Notes: generated from the sequence alone by a model not told the origin. Shown: positions 25,501-34,830, numbered from the stretch's first letter. The stretch is 36,818 nucleotides of DNA from a virus (IMGVR_UViG_3300007231_000016:1-36818); one strand, 5' to 3'. A program made the numbers and translations.

Positions 25501-28023
25501 GGTCAGTTGATGAATGATGCCCGTGTAGGCGGGTATTATATGGGTGGTTTCAAATTTGCTAACGAGTTTGGTGACACTCCGTACGATGTTGGGATAAATA
25601 AACAATCTTTAAGTTCTAACAACAGTAACCGTGCGTTAGTTAACAGTTTAAATAAACAATCTAAAGATGCAATTAAGATCCAACCACGAGTTGACATTAA
25701 ATACGATAACTATGTTAACGACCCAAACTCACAAGTTTTTAACAACGGGTTTAATGACACAGTTAATAAACAATGGAAACCTGAAGGAGAAGATTACGGG
25801 CGTGAGTTCCAAGATTTTACTCGAATGTTTTGGGATAATAAAAGCAACGACAACATTTTAGCTTGGTTAAATAGCAGCGCAGCTAAACCACTTAGAACAG
25901 CGATGCCTGACCATATGCGTAATGCTGACAATAAATTAAAATGGGTTGAAGACACCAGAACTGAAATAAACAACATTTTGCCTCCTGTGCAAATAGGCGA
26001 CGTAGACGATATTTTTCAGCCTGTTAGACAAAAGTTAGCTAAAGGCAAAGATATTTCTTGGAAAGATGATATTGAGCCTCGCATTTTAGAACACACTCAA
26101 CTAGATAAAACTTTAGCTGAACGTAACGTTTTTGATGGGATTACCGAAATAAGAAATATAGACAACGGGATGTACAATGACTTCGGTAAAATTCCGGCTT
26201 CTTCTTCCATTATTGAAAGCATGGAAACTGCCGGAGTGTTTAAGAAAGCTACCGGAAGTATTGACAATTTGATGGAAGCGTTCGGTACAGATACTGTAGA
26301 TAATCTTTCTCGAAGCACTGTGTTCGCTGGGGTATATCGCCGAGAAGTTTCGCGCAGAGCGCAAGCTTACCGTAACCCTGATGGGACTTACAGTTTAACT
26401 CCCGAACGTTTAAAACGAATTGAAGATGCTGCTCGTCGTCAAGGCGTAAAAGAAACTCGTTCTCTTCTTTACGATCTTGCTGATCGTGGACGGTTTGAAG
26501 AAATGGTTGGGACTATTATGCCTTTCTATGGGGCATGGCAAGAAGTTCTTACTACTTGGTCAGGGTTAGCTGTCAAAAATCCTGTGTTTGTTGCAAGAGG
26601 GATTCGTTACTTTAAAGCTTTGGAAGGCGAAGACGAAGAAGGAAACCAACGTTTTGTTTACAGATTACCTGAAGGTCTTTTAAGCGCTGAAATAGCAGGC
26701 ACACGAGTGTTTGGAAAGTTAGGAGAACTTGGGTTTACTAGTCTTAAAGTTAACCCTCTTTCTATGTCTATGATTTCTGCTGGTGCGCCTGGATTTGGGC
26801 CAGTTGTAAGTGCGTTAGCTAGTGAAACTATTATACGAAATCCTGAACTGCAAGAATCTTTAGATTGGATGCTTCCGTATGGCGCTTCTGAAGGTACCAG
26901 CATGTTAGATCGTGTGACGCAACAAATAGAACCTACGTTTGTGCGCCGTATGAGAGGTGGCTATTTTGATACAGCTGAGCGTCAAAAAATGTTGGCGCAA
27001 GTTGCTGTGGATTTAGCTGTTCAATGGTCAGAAGCGGGGAATGAGATTATGGATGAAAGAACAGTAAATAATTTTAGTGATGAAGTTGAACGTCGTACTA
27101 ACGATTTGTTAAAAGTTCGAGCGTTAGCGGGCTTAGCTATGCCTGTATCGTTTTCTTTGCAGTCTCCTTACCATGAAGCTATTGAAGGGTATCGTAAAAG
27201 AGTAGAAGAAAAAGGTTTTGATTTTGCCACAGACTGGTTAATTAATGACTACGGAGAAGAGTTCTTTGCGTTAACTGCTCGTCGTACTATGGTGCGTGGT
27301 GTTGCTTCAGCAACTTTGAAAGGCGAAAAGAATTACCGTCAGCACCAAGAATTTGCAGACAGAAATCCTTTGTTGAAAGATTTTATTATCGGAAAAGTAG
27401 GCCCTGACGATGTAGGGTTTGAGTTTAATTACGCCGTGTACAAAACTGAGATAGCTGAAGGGCGACGTGAGCGTGCTACGCCTGAAGAAATTTTGCGTCA
27501 ACCTCAACAAAATCTTGGTTGGGTTAAATGGGGCGAAGTAAGAAATTTAGTTTATGAAGAGTTAGACCGGAGAGGCCAATTAAACGGTTCAGCAAGTTTG
27601 CGTGCTAATTCTAATAACGATTTGCGTAATCTTTTAGAAGTTAGCAAAACAGATATTAGGGCTGAACATCCTTTGTGGTGGTCTGAATATAACTCTGCTC
27701 GTGATCCTTTAAAAACAGCAAAAGTTATTGATGGGTTTAGAGAAGTTGTTGATTCGGAAGCGTTTGCTTATCGCCCTGATGTAGTTCAGCTTGAAGAGTA
27801 TTTAGAGACACGAGATTTGATTGCTGAAGAACTTAATCGTCGGTGGAAAGAAAGTGGAGACGTTGATAACTCTTCTTTGAAAAGTCGCAGTAATCAGGAT
27901 TTAGAAGATTTGTGGGATGCGGTTCGGACTGGTCTTCGTGTTAATCCTCAATTTAGTAAAGTGTTTGATCGTTACCTTGAATCAGACAACATTGAACGTA
28001 ACTCATGGGTGGTTAAAACATAA
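22552..28023 (+). CDS. Large internal virion / DNA ejection protein
   Basis: 1823 aa, mostly helical with hydrophobic patches, located between portal and capsid. Confidence 0.6.
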   Translation: MGWGFVEKIGKGLYQTTAKSIEFVTDIIQEGLTDEDEFEGDGIADTIWGSWNDNILGKDGAMQGAIGPEGVGGTIIGAIPEQQRQQIKSVITPVFDTMDYLYQNVVDDPLSAGVLVFDGALSSGGDWSTIFNGNTWKQAFDIAETRSLGQALTLAALVNNPYDEAEVLEAKQTGLFNMMSGSIDLFANIALDPLAWAGKPAMLAAKYARNGRFVDVANAGRTFRNPLNLATGGAEFVKTRRFQRFQERIDGMANDISEGLTDRLTNKKPLSGEDIGFVDQLAGQVFKEFKNVPGMTEELAYAVSRYTGENRSLVARLAMGDNSALRSIEDTASQWVKSAENSDGALTRVSELEKEIDDLVDQLDNLSDDAFPQTLQGLKDDISTKQNDLDVAEKDLLDSLNEMPSELPFVDALNIRELKLRDLPKLADEVADTASENARLAVLNENPYLVQAAADQIMLQVTGAIDDGIGALSKPLSVSMVGNLGYGVKTFVSNTPFLGTATSFTGRKLTVFSEKVPQQIMNWDDPSQSFGQFEKMIRDASRVTTKRFGRGNKGVEGKQNLMDKVGLNPDELLGQWARKTTQQSKQRLFQETTDKLNKGIVDLYGDNVLRGYKDAEKLQIMNFALQKMKGDLSSAQTTLRSQAANARIYGNNAGISFTIAEEGAKSVQRQLHNFTPQQLAQSSLVPRYDLIANLFDQGGLRKATGNSQEVLGELMSVWKKSVLLRPAWPIRVLSDELARSAALLGGIETLQGAMRGFNDLRAQWFARNGEDVMTPSLAKMRTALKDKGVKDVDLLDKGELYERYLVDVADGSQKAVTKLVKNTISEEYGKRRIRNRTGAFTAVGYFAMGPAGLAAAGLYNLYARKSMQKLAIKEIGQNFAYQLRDVAKGQLGDEIAELRRRADDPVDALTAAESADQIEDLRNAADLLEIQSKTLLGGYRVRDLSPSYKTRESTKRQQRELDRIYGKVDESERSAALVNFDRVGQLMNDARVGGYYMGGFKFANEFGDTPYDVGINKQSLSSNNSNRALVNSLNKQSKDAIKIQPRVDIKYDNYVNDPNSQVFNNGFNDTVNKQWKPEGEDYGREFQDFTRMFWDNKSNDNILAWLNSSAAKPLRTAMPDHMRNADNKLKWVEDTRTEINNILPPVQIGDVDDIFQPVRQKLAKGKDISWKDDIEPRILEHTQLDKTLAERNVFDGITEIRNIDNGMYNDFGKIPASSSIIESMETAGVFKKATGSIDNLMEAFGTDTVDNLSRSTVFAGVYRREVSRRAQAYRNPDGTYSLTPERLKRIEDAARRQGVKETRSLLYDLADRGRFEEMVGTIMPFYGAWQEVLTTWSGLAVKNPVFVARGIRYFKALEGEDEEGNQRFVYRLPEGLLSAEIAGTRVFGKLGELGFTSLKVNPLSMSMISAGAPGFGPVVSALASETIIRNPELQESLDWMLPYGASEGTSMLDRVTQQIEPTFVRRMRGGYFDTAERQKMLAQVAVDLAVQWSEAGNEIMDERTVNNFSDEVERRTNDLLKVRALAGLAMPVSFSLQSPYHEAIEGYRKRVEEKGFDFATDWLINDYGEEFFALTARRTMVRGVASATLKGEKNYRQHQEFADRNPLLKDFIIGKVGPDDVGFEFNYAVYKTEIAEGRRERATPEEILRQPQQNLGWVKWGEVRNLVYEELDRRGQLNGSASLRANSNNDLRNLLEVSKTDIRAEHPLWWSEYNSARDPLKTAKVIDGFREVVDSEAFAYRPDVVQLEEYLETRDLIAEELNRRWKESGDVDNSSLKSRSNQDLEDLWDAVRTGLRVNPQFSKVFDRYLESDNIERNSWVVKT

Positions 28024-28781
28024 TGACAAGTATTGAGCAATTATTAAGACAAAAAAATATAGCTCCTAGTAGTGTCCCAGTGTCGGGCACTAATTTTGTT
28101 ATAGGGCAACGGCCTGATACTTATGTAGATATGCCAGCGGCTGGAGGTGGCCCAGACCGGGATCTTCAAAGAGAAATTCTTGGGCCAGTGTTCACGTTGG
28201 CGGATCTTCAAACTTATGTAGGAGATTTGTCTTTAGAAGAGACTGCTGCTTTGCAAGAAGGTTTATGGGTTGAAGGCTTTTATGGTGTTATTGAATCTCA
28301 AGAAGATCTTGAAGATACCGATAATTTTATAAATGCTTTAGGTGCTGCTGCAAGAGAAGGTTCTACTCGGTATCAGTGGGGTTTAGCTGAAGATATGGAG
28401 GGTGTCCCTACTTTAGATGGACGTTTTTCGGATAGACCTACTCAAGAGTTGTTAGATGAAGCTAAAGAAAAATATATTAAAGAAGATAAATTGACGTTTG
28501 CTGTTAGCCCAGCGTCTTCTATTAATCGTACTGTTGATGCGACGTGGAATTCTGTTTTGGGGCGTAAGCCTACTGACAAAGAAAGGCGTGCTGCTTTTGA
28601 AGCTGTGCGGTCTGCTGAGATTGAGAATGCTCAAGCGCAAAGAGCTGGGGGTATGTATGAGTCTTTGGATAGGGCAGGCATTTTGAGTAGTCAAGCGGAG
28701 ATGGGTGATCCAGGGCAGGCTAGGGGTATTGAGATGTCGAATACTACGTCGTTAATTAAGCAAGCGTTAGGATTAAAGTAA
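28023..28781 (+). CDS. Putative internal virion protein
   Basis: 252 aa, translationally coupled within the ejection block. Confidence 0.5.
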   Translation: MTSIEQLLRQKNIAPSSVPVSGTNFVIGQRPDTYVDMPAAGGGPDRDLQREILGPVFTLADLQTYVGDLSLEETAALQEGLWVEGFYGVIESQEDLEDTDNFINALGAAAREGSTRYQWGLAEDMEGVPTLDGRFSDRPTQELLDEAKEKYIKEDKLTFAVSPASSINRTVDATWNSVLGRKPTDKERRAAFEAVRSAEIENAQAQRAGGMYESLDRAGILSSQAEMGDPGQARGIEMSNTTSLIKQALGLK

Positions 28782-31051
28782 TGGTTCAAAATTTTGAAGA
28801 TATTTTTGACGATGTATCTGAAGCTTTGCTTAAAGATTACGCCAAGTTAGCAGGGATTAGTCTTGAAAGTTCTTTGTTAGCACGCATAACAGAAAAAGGT
28901 ATTACAGGTCTTGGGCCAAGCAACAAAAATGAAACAAATTTATTTGACAAAGTATTAGACCAAGGCCAAAGCCATGTTGAAAACGCAAAAGATGCGATTG
29001 CTTTTTTAGATCAAAATGTTAGTAAATTTATAGATGAAATGAACTCGTTGTCTTCAGGCAAAAGAGAAGGCACTAAAATATCTCAAAAAGATATTAGACG
29101 TTTAACGATTCTAGCCGAAAGTAATTTTGAGCAAGATGAAGCAATTCCTGGGGGAAGAACTGAATCAAATGCTTTAGGTGGTGGTTTAAATAATTTATCT
29201 ACAGGAGATTTAGGCGGTAGCGCTACTTATGATCCAGGCTCGTTTGAGTTAGCTGCTGAACAAAAACAACGTTTAATATCTTTAATTGGTAAAGATGGGG
29301 ATTTAGGTGTTGCATTAAAAAAATATGTTAAAGGGAAGAACCCTACTTATAACGGTTTGATAAATATTATTAGTAAATTGCCTGATCAAATTAAATTAGT
29401 TCAGGAAAAAGTCGATGAAGTAAGTATTTCTTCTCGCAATTTGTTTAATGAATTAGTAACTGTAGAAAATTCTGTTCGTCGTTTAAATCAGTTAGATGCT
29501 AATTCAGATAATTATGATGAAGCTACTTTAGATAACGAGTACGCCAAAATTATTAAGTCTCAATTAGGTGTTATTGAAAATAGTTCTGAACTTTTAAATA
29601 ATGATAAATATGTAAAAAGTTTAGATAATCTTGCTAAACCAGGAGATTTTGATAGACAACAAGACAGAAATAGTGATGAGTATCGTCATGCTCGCGCTTA
29701 TGATGTTGTTGCAGGAAATCCTCGTAATTTGTTGCGAACGCCTGTTGGGGAAGGTGCTGATCTTTCTGAACTAGAATTTGCTGAAGAAGTTGACATTGCC
29801 TTAGAAGCAGGAGAAAGAGATCGTTTCGCTCCAACAGGTGCAGAAAAAGGTTTAGTACAATCTCGACAAGTAGGTGCTGTTGACCCAGTAGAAGTAGTTT
29901 CTGACCCTGCGGTTGTAGAACAACAAACTGCTTTAAACATTGAACGTGCTGCTAGAGGGCTACCTGCGTTAGTTGTTGACGGTTTGATGGGGCCTGCTAC
30001 TGAAGCTGCTATTGCTTTATCTGAAGGCGGTTATCGTCAAGCTGAAGTTGATGCTCTTTTAGCTGTAGATGCACAAGATCCTGTTGAGTTAGATCAAATG
30101 TCTCCTGAAGTTCAAAAATATATTATGGAGAACTTTGGTACGGTCGGCTATTTTTCTGATCGTCAAGACATGATGATTCCTGATCCGTCTGGCGGCGGTG
30201 GTGAAGTTAACGCTTACACCTATATTACTGAGAATCAGTTAACGAACTTAGAGCAGATTCGTTCTTTGATGTCTCAGACTAAATGGTTTAATACTAAAGG
30301 CGCAGCGTTAAAACAGTTTGAGCAAGACTGGAATGCTTTGGGTGGATCGCAGTTAGGTGATGATGCGGTTAGTGGAAGTTTTTCGGGGGCGACTGAAGCA
30401 CAAAAAGATTTAATTGATGTTGAGATGGACGTTATCCGACGTGAAGCTAAAAGGTTGCAGTTAGGTTTAAGCGAAGAAGATATTTGGCAGTTGGCTTTTA
30501 ACGCTAAAAGTTTGGGGATGGATTCTTATGAAGTTAAAGAACAGTTCACTAAGACTTATAACGCTCAGTTAGCTCAGGTAGATCAAGGCTATTTTAATGA
30601 TTTGCGTTATCAGGTGTCTGATGAGGCCAGCAAATATATGTTAGATATTGGGGCGAATGATTTGAATGATATGGCTGAGCAGCTTTATTTAGGTAATACT
30701 ACTACAGAGATTTTGGAATCTAATTTTAGGACGCAAGCTAAGAACGCTAATCCTGCTTTGGCTAGTGTTATTGATCAGGGTTATACGCCTCGAATGTATT
30801 TCTCTCCTTACAAGAATCAGGCAGAAAAGTTGTTGGGTCGTCCTGTAGATTTTATGGGGAATGATTCAGGGTTGTTTACGAAACTTGCGGGTAGTGAGGT
30901 TTCAGGTGATGGGTTGCAACGCCCTATGACTAGTAGCGAGTTTGGTAGGGCTGTTCGGGGTATGGCTGAGTGGGAGTTTACGGATAATGCTAGGGATGAA
31001 GCTTATGATGCTGTGTCTCAGATTACTAAAATGTTTGGAGCGGTAGGCTAA
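28781..31051 (+). CDS. Putative internal virion protein
   Basis: 756 aa, contains LVVDGLMGPATEAAI (PG-binding-like motif). Confidence 0.5.
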   Translation: MVQNFEDIFDDVSEALLKDYAKLAGISLESSLLARITEKGITGLGPSNKNETNLFDKVLDQGQSHVENAKDAIAFLDQNVSKFIDEMNSLSSGKREGTKISQKDIRRLTILAESNFEQDEAIPGGRTESNALGGGLNNLSTGDLGGSATYDPGSFELAAEQKQRLISLIGKDGDLGVALKKYVKGKNPTYNGLINIISKLPDQIKLVQEKVDEVSISSRNLFNELVTVENSVRRLNQLDANSDNYDEATLDNEYAKIIKSQLGVIENSSELLNNDKYVKSLDNLAKPGDFDRQQDRNSDEYRHARAYDVVAGNPRNLLRTPVGEGADLSELEFAEEVDIALEAGERDRFAPTGAEKGLVQSRQVGAVDPVEVVSDPAVVEQQTALNIERAARGLPALVVDGLMGPATEAAIALSEGGYRQAEVDALLAVDAQDPVELDQMSPEVQKYIMENFGTVGYFSDRQDMMIPDPSGGGGEVNAYTYITENQLTNLEQIRSLMSQTKWFNTKGAALKQFEQDWNALGGSQLGDDAVSGSFSGATEAQKDLIDVEMDVIRREAKRLQLGLSEEDIWQLAFNAKSLGMDSYEVKEQFTKTYNAQLAQVDQGYFNDLRYQVSDEASKYMLDIGANDLNDMAEQLYLGNTTTEILESNFRTQAKNANPALASVIDQGYTPRMYFSPYKNQAEKLLGRPVDFMGNDSGLFTKLAGSEVSGDGLQRPMTSSEFGRAVRGMAEWEFTDNARDEAYDAVSQITKMFGAVG

Positions 31052-32259
31052 TGGTTAATATTGATCCTACTCTTGGAGATGGTGGTGTTGGTCGGTCGTA
31101 TACTCGGTCGGTTGTTGCAGCTCAAGAAGAAGCGGCAGCGGCGGCAGCGGCAATAGCGGCAAAACAATTAGCTGATTCTTCTGTAAGTACTGTTTCTCCT
31201 GCTGGTACCGGTGATGATCCTGCTGGTACCGGTGATGATCCTGCTGGTACCGGTGATGATCCTGCTGGTGGTATTGTTCCTCCTGCTGGTGCTGATGCTG
31301 ATGAAATAGAAAGACTACAAGGGCTATTAGATGCTAGCATTGCCAATGCAAATACGCTTAAAGCTACTACAAATACGCTTAGAACTACTTTAAGTGAATC
31401 AAATCAAAAACTGTTTGATAAAACTGCTTTGCTTGAAAACGACATTAAAGGTTCTAAAGCTATTATCGCAGACACATTAGCTTTGTACGGTTTACCTGCG
31501 AGTTTAGCTACAACGTTGAACAATGCGTTAGTGGGTGGGGAAAGCGGCACAGCTATAGCTATGCAAATTAGAGATACTGATGCGTATAGGGCACGTTTCC
31601 CTGCTATGGCGCAACGCCGGAAATTAAATTTGCCTGCTGTCAGCGAAGCAGATTATTTAAATTTAGAAAGAAATTTTCGTACCATAATGCAAGCAGCAAA
31701 ACTGCCCGCTACTTTCCATGATGCTCCTGAAGATTTTGATCAATTAATCGCTGGTGATGTTTCCCCTCAAGAATTTCAAGAACGAGTAACGTTAGCTGAA
31801 GTTGCGCGAGATAGTGCAAGCACAGAAACACGACGTTTATTAAACGAGTTTTACGATATCAGTGAGGGAGATCTTACTGCGTATTACCTTGATCCGACTA
31901 GAGCAGAAACTATTTTTGAAGATAGACGCCGTATGGAGTCGGCTGGGTTAGCTGCTGCTTCACGGCAAACTATCGGACAAGATTTAACTGTTGGCACTGC
32001 GGAAGCTTTACAAGCAGAAAATATTCAACGTCGTGAAATTCAGCAACGGTTAGGTCAACGTGTTGGTTTGACCGATCAGTTGTTAGGTGAGGAAGAAGCT
32101 TTGACTGCTTCTACTATTGCTGAAGCTGAGTTTGGGTTAGATGTTGAGTCTGCTACTAGGATGCGTCGTCGTCGCGAAGAGCGTACTACTGGGTTTACTG
32201 GTCGTTCTGGTGCGTTAACTACAGCCGGAGGCGTAACTAGTTTAGGTGAAGCAACATAA
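31051..32259 (+). CDS. Putative internal virion protein with PAGTGDD repeats
   Basis: 402 aa, YRARFPAM, LIAGDVSPQEF.ERV, YYLDP. Confidence 0.5.
   Translation: MVNIDPTLGDGGVGRSYTRSVVAAQEEAAAAAAAIAAKQLADSSVSTVSPAGTGDDPAGTGDDPAGTGDDPAGGIVPPAGADADEIERLQGLLDASIANANTLKATTNTLRTTLSESNQKLFDKTALLENDIKGSKAIIADTLALYGLPASLATTLNNALVGGESGTAIAMQIRDTDAYRARFPAMAQRRKLNLPAVSEADYLNLERNFRTIMQAAKLPATFHDAPEDFDQLIAGDVSPQEFQERVTLAEVARDSASTETRRLLNEFYDISEGDLTAYYLDPTRAETIFEDRRRMESAGLAAASRQTIGQDLTVGTAEALQAENIQRREIQQRLGQRVGLTDQLLGEEEALTASTIAEAEFGLDVESATRMRRRREERTTGFTGRSGALTTAGGVTSLGEAT
31198..31269 (+). repeat. 21-bp perfect tandem repeat, 3.4 copies
   Basis: CCTGCTGGTACCGGTGATGAT x3 plus CCTGCTGGT. Confidence 0.95.
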
Positions 32260-32262
32260 TCC

Positions 32263-32298
32263 TTGCATTTAGCAGTAAATGTTTGTATAGTAAACATT
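32263..32298 (+). promoter_or_regulatory. Sigma70/SigA-like promoter for scaffold and capsid, with an inverted repeat flanking the -10
   Basis: TTGCAT-17bp-TATAGT. AATGTTT (32278-32284) / AAACATT (32292-32298). Confidence 0.75.
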
Positions 32299-32384
32299 GT
32301 TGATTGGCCCCGTATGGGAGAGCTACCAACAAACCTCCATCAAAGTACCACCGCTTTGATGCGTACAGGACAGGTGAGCGACAA

Positions 32385-32837
32385 ATGGCAAACAGCAACT
32401 CCGTCGATATTGACGAATCAGAAGCTGATGTCCAAACCGAATCGAAACCGAATTGGCGTAGGGAACTCGAAGGTCGAGCAACCAGCGCTGAGGCAGAACT
32501 CGCTTCTTACAAGAGGCGTGACGCTTTCCGATCAGCAGGATTAGATCCTGATGATGCTAAGGTTAGCTATTTTGTTAAAGGATACGAAGGAGAACTTGAT
32601 CCCCAAGCTATTGCAGCGGAAGCTACAGCAGCAGGGTTTCTTGGCAGTAATGCTTCTCCTAGTGACTCTCGGCAAGACGCAGAGCTAGCGGCAGAGCAAA
32701 GGATTGCTTTGGCTGGCGAAGGCGGAGATCCGGTTAGCAACCCTGACCTAGACGCACAAATTAAAGCTACTAAATCCCCAGAGGAATTAAGAACTTTGAT
32801 GGAAGCAAACGGTTATTTGTGGGGCGCAACAACCTGA
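32385..32837 (+). CDS. Capsid scaffolding protein
   Basis: Acidic helical protein directly upstream of the capsid gene. AGGTGA RBS before ATG 32385. Confidence 0.75.
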   Translation: MANSNSVDIDESEADVQTESKPNWRRELEGRATSAEAELASYKRRDAFRSAGLDPDDAKVSYFVKGYEGELDPQAIAAEATAAGFLGSNASPSDSRQDAELAAEQRIALAGEGGDPVSNPDLDAQIKATKSPEELRTLMEANGYLWGATT

Positions 32838-32881
32838 TTTAGTCATTAAAGCGGAGTCCCTCTCTCTTTAAGGACTTCATA

Positions 32882-33820
32882 ATGGCCGTAGGATTTACGG
32901 GTACTGGACAGGTAGATTCTTCTACCGGAGCGTTTGAGCAACTCGCTTACTTCGCATTACGATCCAACCCTCTTTACGAAATGATCGCAGATGTTCGATC
33001 TACAGCGCAAACCCACAATGGTGCGTCTGTAACATTCGACATTTATGACAACATGGCTACCGCTACAGCAGCGTTAGCGCAAGCAACAGACGTTGCAGCT
33101 ATCCAGTTGACAGATACGGTAGTTACCGTAGCGTTGGCTGAATATGGTAACGCTGTGACAACAACCGCTAAACTGCGCGGAACTTCTTTCTTGAACGTTG
33201 ACGCAGACGCAGCGAACATTATCGGTTACAACATGGTTGATTCTATCGACACTATTGTAGCGGGTATTGCTTCAGGTGGAACAAACGAAATTCTGCCTGC
33301 CGGTCGTGCCGGTACTGTCAACATTATTGCTACTGACATAATTACCCCTAATCAAACTCGTACTGCGGCAGCGAAACTTCGTACAGCTTCAGCACCAGGT
33401 TTCGAGAACGGTAACTATGTTGGCATGATTCACCCTGATGTCGCTTTCGATCTTCGTAGCGCAGCAGCCGTAACTGATGTTATCGCTTACCAGATCCGTC
33501 AAGATGGCGCTGCTGTCCGTAACGGTTCTATCGGCACATGGGGTGGTGTGGAGTTCATCGAGAACCCTCGCGCTAACATCCAGGCCGGTGCCGGTGCTGC
33601 CGGTATCAACGTGTATGACACTGTTATAGCAGGCCGTCAGGCTCTCGCTAAAGCATTCTCACGGGCACCAGGTTTCGGTGAGCTACCTTCAGTAGTTTAT
33701 GGACCTGTAACTGATAACCTGCGTCGTTTCATGACTGTCGGCTGGTACCACCTTGTTGGTTACGGAATCTTCCGTCAGGCATGTTTACAGCGTGTAGAAT
33801 CTGCTTCTAGCCTCGCCTAG
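32882..33820 (+). CDS. Major capsid protein (HK97 fold, N4-gp56-like)
   Basis: LAEYGNAV, YVGMIHPDVAFDLR, G.IG.WGGVEFIE, D.LRRF..VGWY. Confidence 0.88.
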   Translation: MAVGFTGTGQVDSSTGAFEQLAYFALRSNPLYEMIADVRSTAQTHNGASVTFDIYDNMATATAALAQATDVAAIQLTDTVVTVALAEYGNAVTTTAKLRGTSFLNVDADAANIIGYNMVDSIDTIVAGIASGGTNEILPAGRAGTVNIIATDIITPNQTRTAAAKLRTASAPGFENGNYVGMIHPDVAFDLRSAAAVTDVIAYQIRQDGAAVRNGSIGTWGGVEFIENPRANIQAGAGAAGINVYDTVIAGRQALAKAFSRAPGFGELPSVVYGPVTDNLRRFMTVGWYHLVGYGIFRQACLQRVESASSLA

Positions 33821-33831
33821 TAGCTGCGGTT

Positions 33832-33890
33832 TGGGAGGGTCAGGGTTCCCCCTTTCCCCTGGCCCTTCCATCCCCCCCCTATTCTTTGTT
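33832..33890 (+). terminator. Intrinsic terminator-like hairpin after the capsid gene
   Basis: GGGAGGGTCAGGG/CCCTGGCCCTTCC stem followed by a pyrimidine tract. Confidence 0.65.
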
Positions 33891-33915
33891 AGTATCTTGT
33901 TAAGCGGAGGTTGAT

Positions 33916-34035
33916 ATGCCTAAAGTCGGTAATAAACATTACAGCTATACCCCTAGTGGTAGGAAAGCTGCTGCGGCGCAAGCTAAGAAAACTGGGAAGA
34001 AAGTTACTAATACTAGAAAAAGAGGGAAACGATAA
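33916..34035 (+). CDS. 39-aa highly basic peptide, absent from the ORF track
   Basis: GGAGG RBS. MPKVGNKHYSYTPSGRKAAAAQAKKTGKKVTNTRKRGKR*. Confidence 0.75.
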   Translation: MPKVGNKHYSYTPSGRKAAAAQAKKTGKKVTNTRKRGKR

Positions 34036-34106
34036 TGGCCGGATCAGGGAATGTGACTATCCGACCTAAGCCGATTACAGGTACCGGAGGAGTTAACCGT
34101 GGCTAG
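34035..34106 (+). CDS. Possible 23-aa micro-ORF
   Basis: GAGGG RBS, TAATG coupling. MAGSGNVTIRPKPITGTGGVNRG*. Confidence 0.4.
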   Translation: MAGSGNVTIRPKPITGTGGVNRG

Positions 34107-34542
34107 TGGCCTTTATGCCTTGCCGTTTAAGAATAATTTGACGCAGGTTACGAATTTCCAAATAGATTTTGATGATACAACCGCAGGCCGTTTCAAGTGT
34201 ATGCTTGTCACTTCGTCTTACACCCCTAACTTTGATACTGATTCAGTGTTTGCTGATGTGAGTAACGAGGTTTCAGGTGCGGGTTACACTGCTGGCGGTG
34301 AAGCTCTCACTGGTGTGACGTTCGCTATCAGTGGGGGTACGATTACGTGGGATGCGGGGGATGTGACGTGGACTGGTTCTACGATCACTAATGCTGCTGC
34401 TGCGGTTATTTATAATACGAGCGAAGCTAACGATCCTTTGATCGCTTATGTTGATTTTGGTGGGAACTTTTCCACTACGTCGGGTACGTTCCAGATTGTT
34501 TGGAATGCGTCTGGCGTCTTTACTTTAGATACGACACCGTAG
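34099..34542 (+). CDS. Virion structural protein (head/tail accessory)
   Basis: GGAGG RBS. FKCMLVTSSYTPN, EVSGAGYTAGG, LIAYVDFG. Confidence 0.65.
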   Translation: MASGLYALPFKNNLTQVTNFQIDFDDTTAGRFKCMLVTSSYTPNFDTDSVFADVSNEVSGAGYTAGGEALTGVTFAISGGTITWDAGDVTWTGSTITNAAAAVIYNTSEANDPLIAYVDFGGNFSTTSGTFQIVWNASGVFTLDTTP

Positions 34543-34552
34543 GAGTATCGGT

Positions 34553-34819
34553 ATGGCTAGTAATTTTCCGGGAGCTTTAGATACAGCGACTCAGCAACCT
34601 TCACCTCTTGCTACTACAGAGTTGGATGCGGCAGGGTTTTTGCATGATGAGGTTCACACAAATCATTCAACTGCTTTGATTGCTTTGCAAACGAAAATGG
34701 GGATTAGTGCTTCAACTCCGACGACGATAGGTCATGTGCTTACTGTTTCGGCGGCGGGTACTACTGCTTGGGCGGCGGTTGATACAGATCCGATTCCTCT
34801 AATTTTAGCTTTGTCATAG
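34553..34819 (+). CDS. Small virion protein (fibre anchor-like)
   Basis: AGGAG RBS. MASNFPGALD...H...H....ALQTKMG. Confidence 0.55.
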   Translation: MASNFPGALDTATQQPSPLATTELDAAGFLHDEVHTNHSTALIALQTKMGISASTPTTIGHVLTVSAAGTTAWAAVDTDPIPLILALS

Positions 34820-34830
34820 GAGTATAGAAT

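Noticed and set aside
31198-31269. Direct repeats as a mini-CRISPR
   Set aside because: The repeats are contiguous with no spacers and lie in frame within a CDS.
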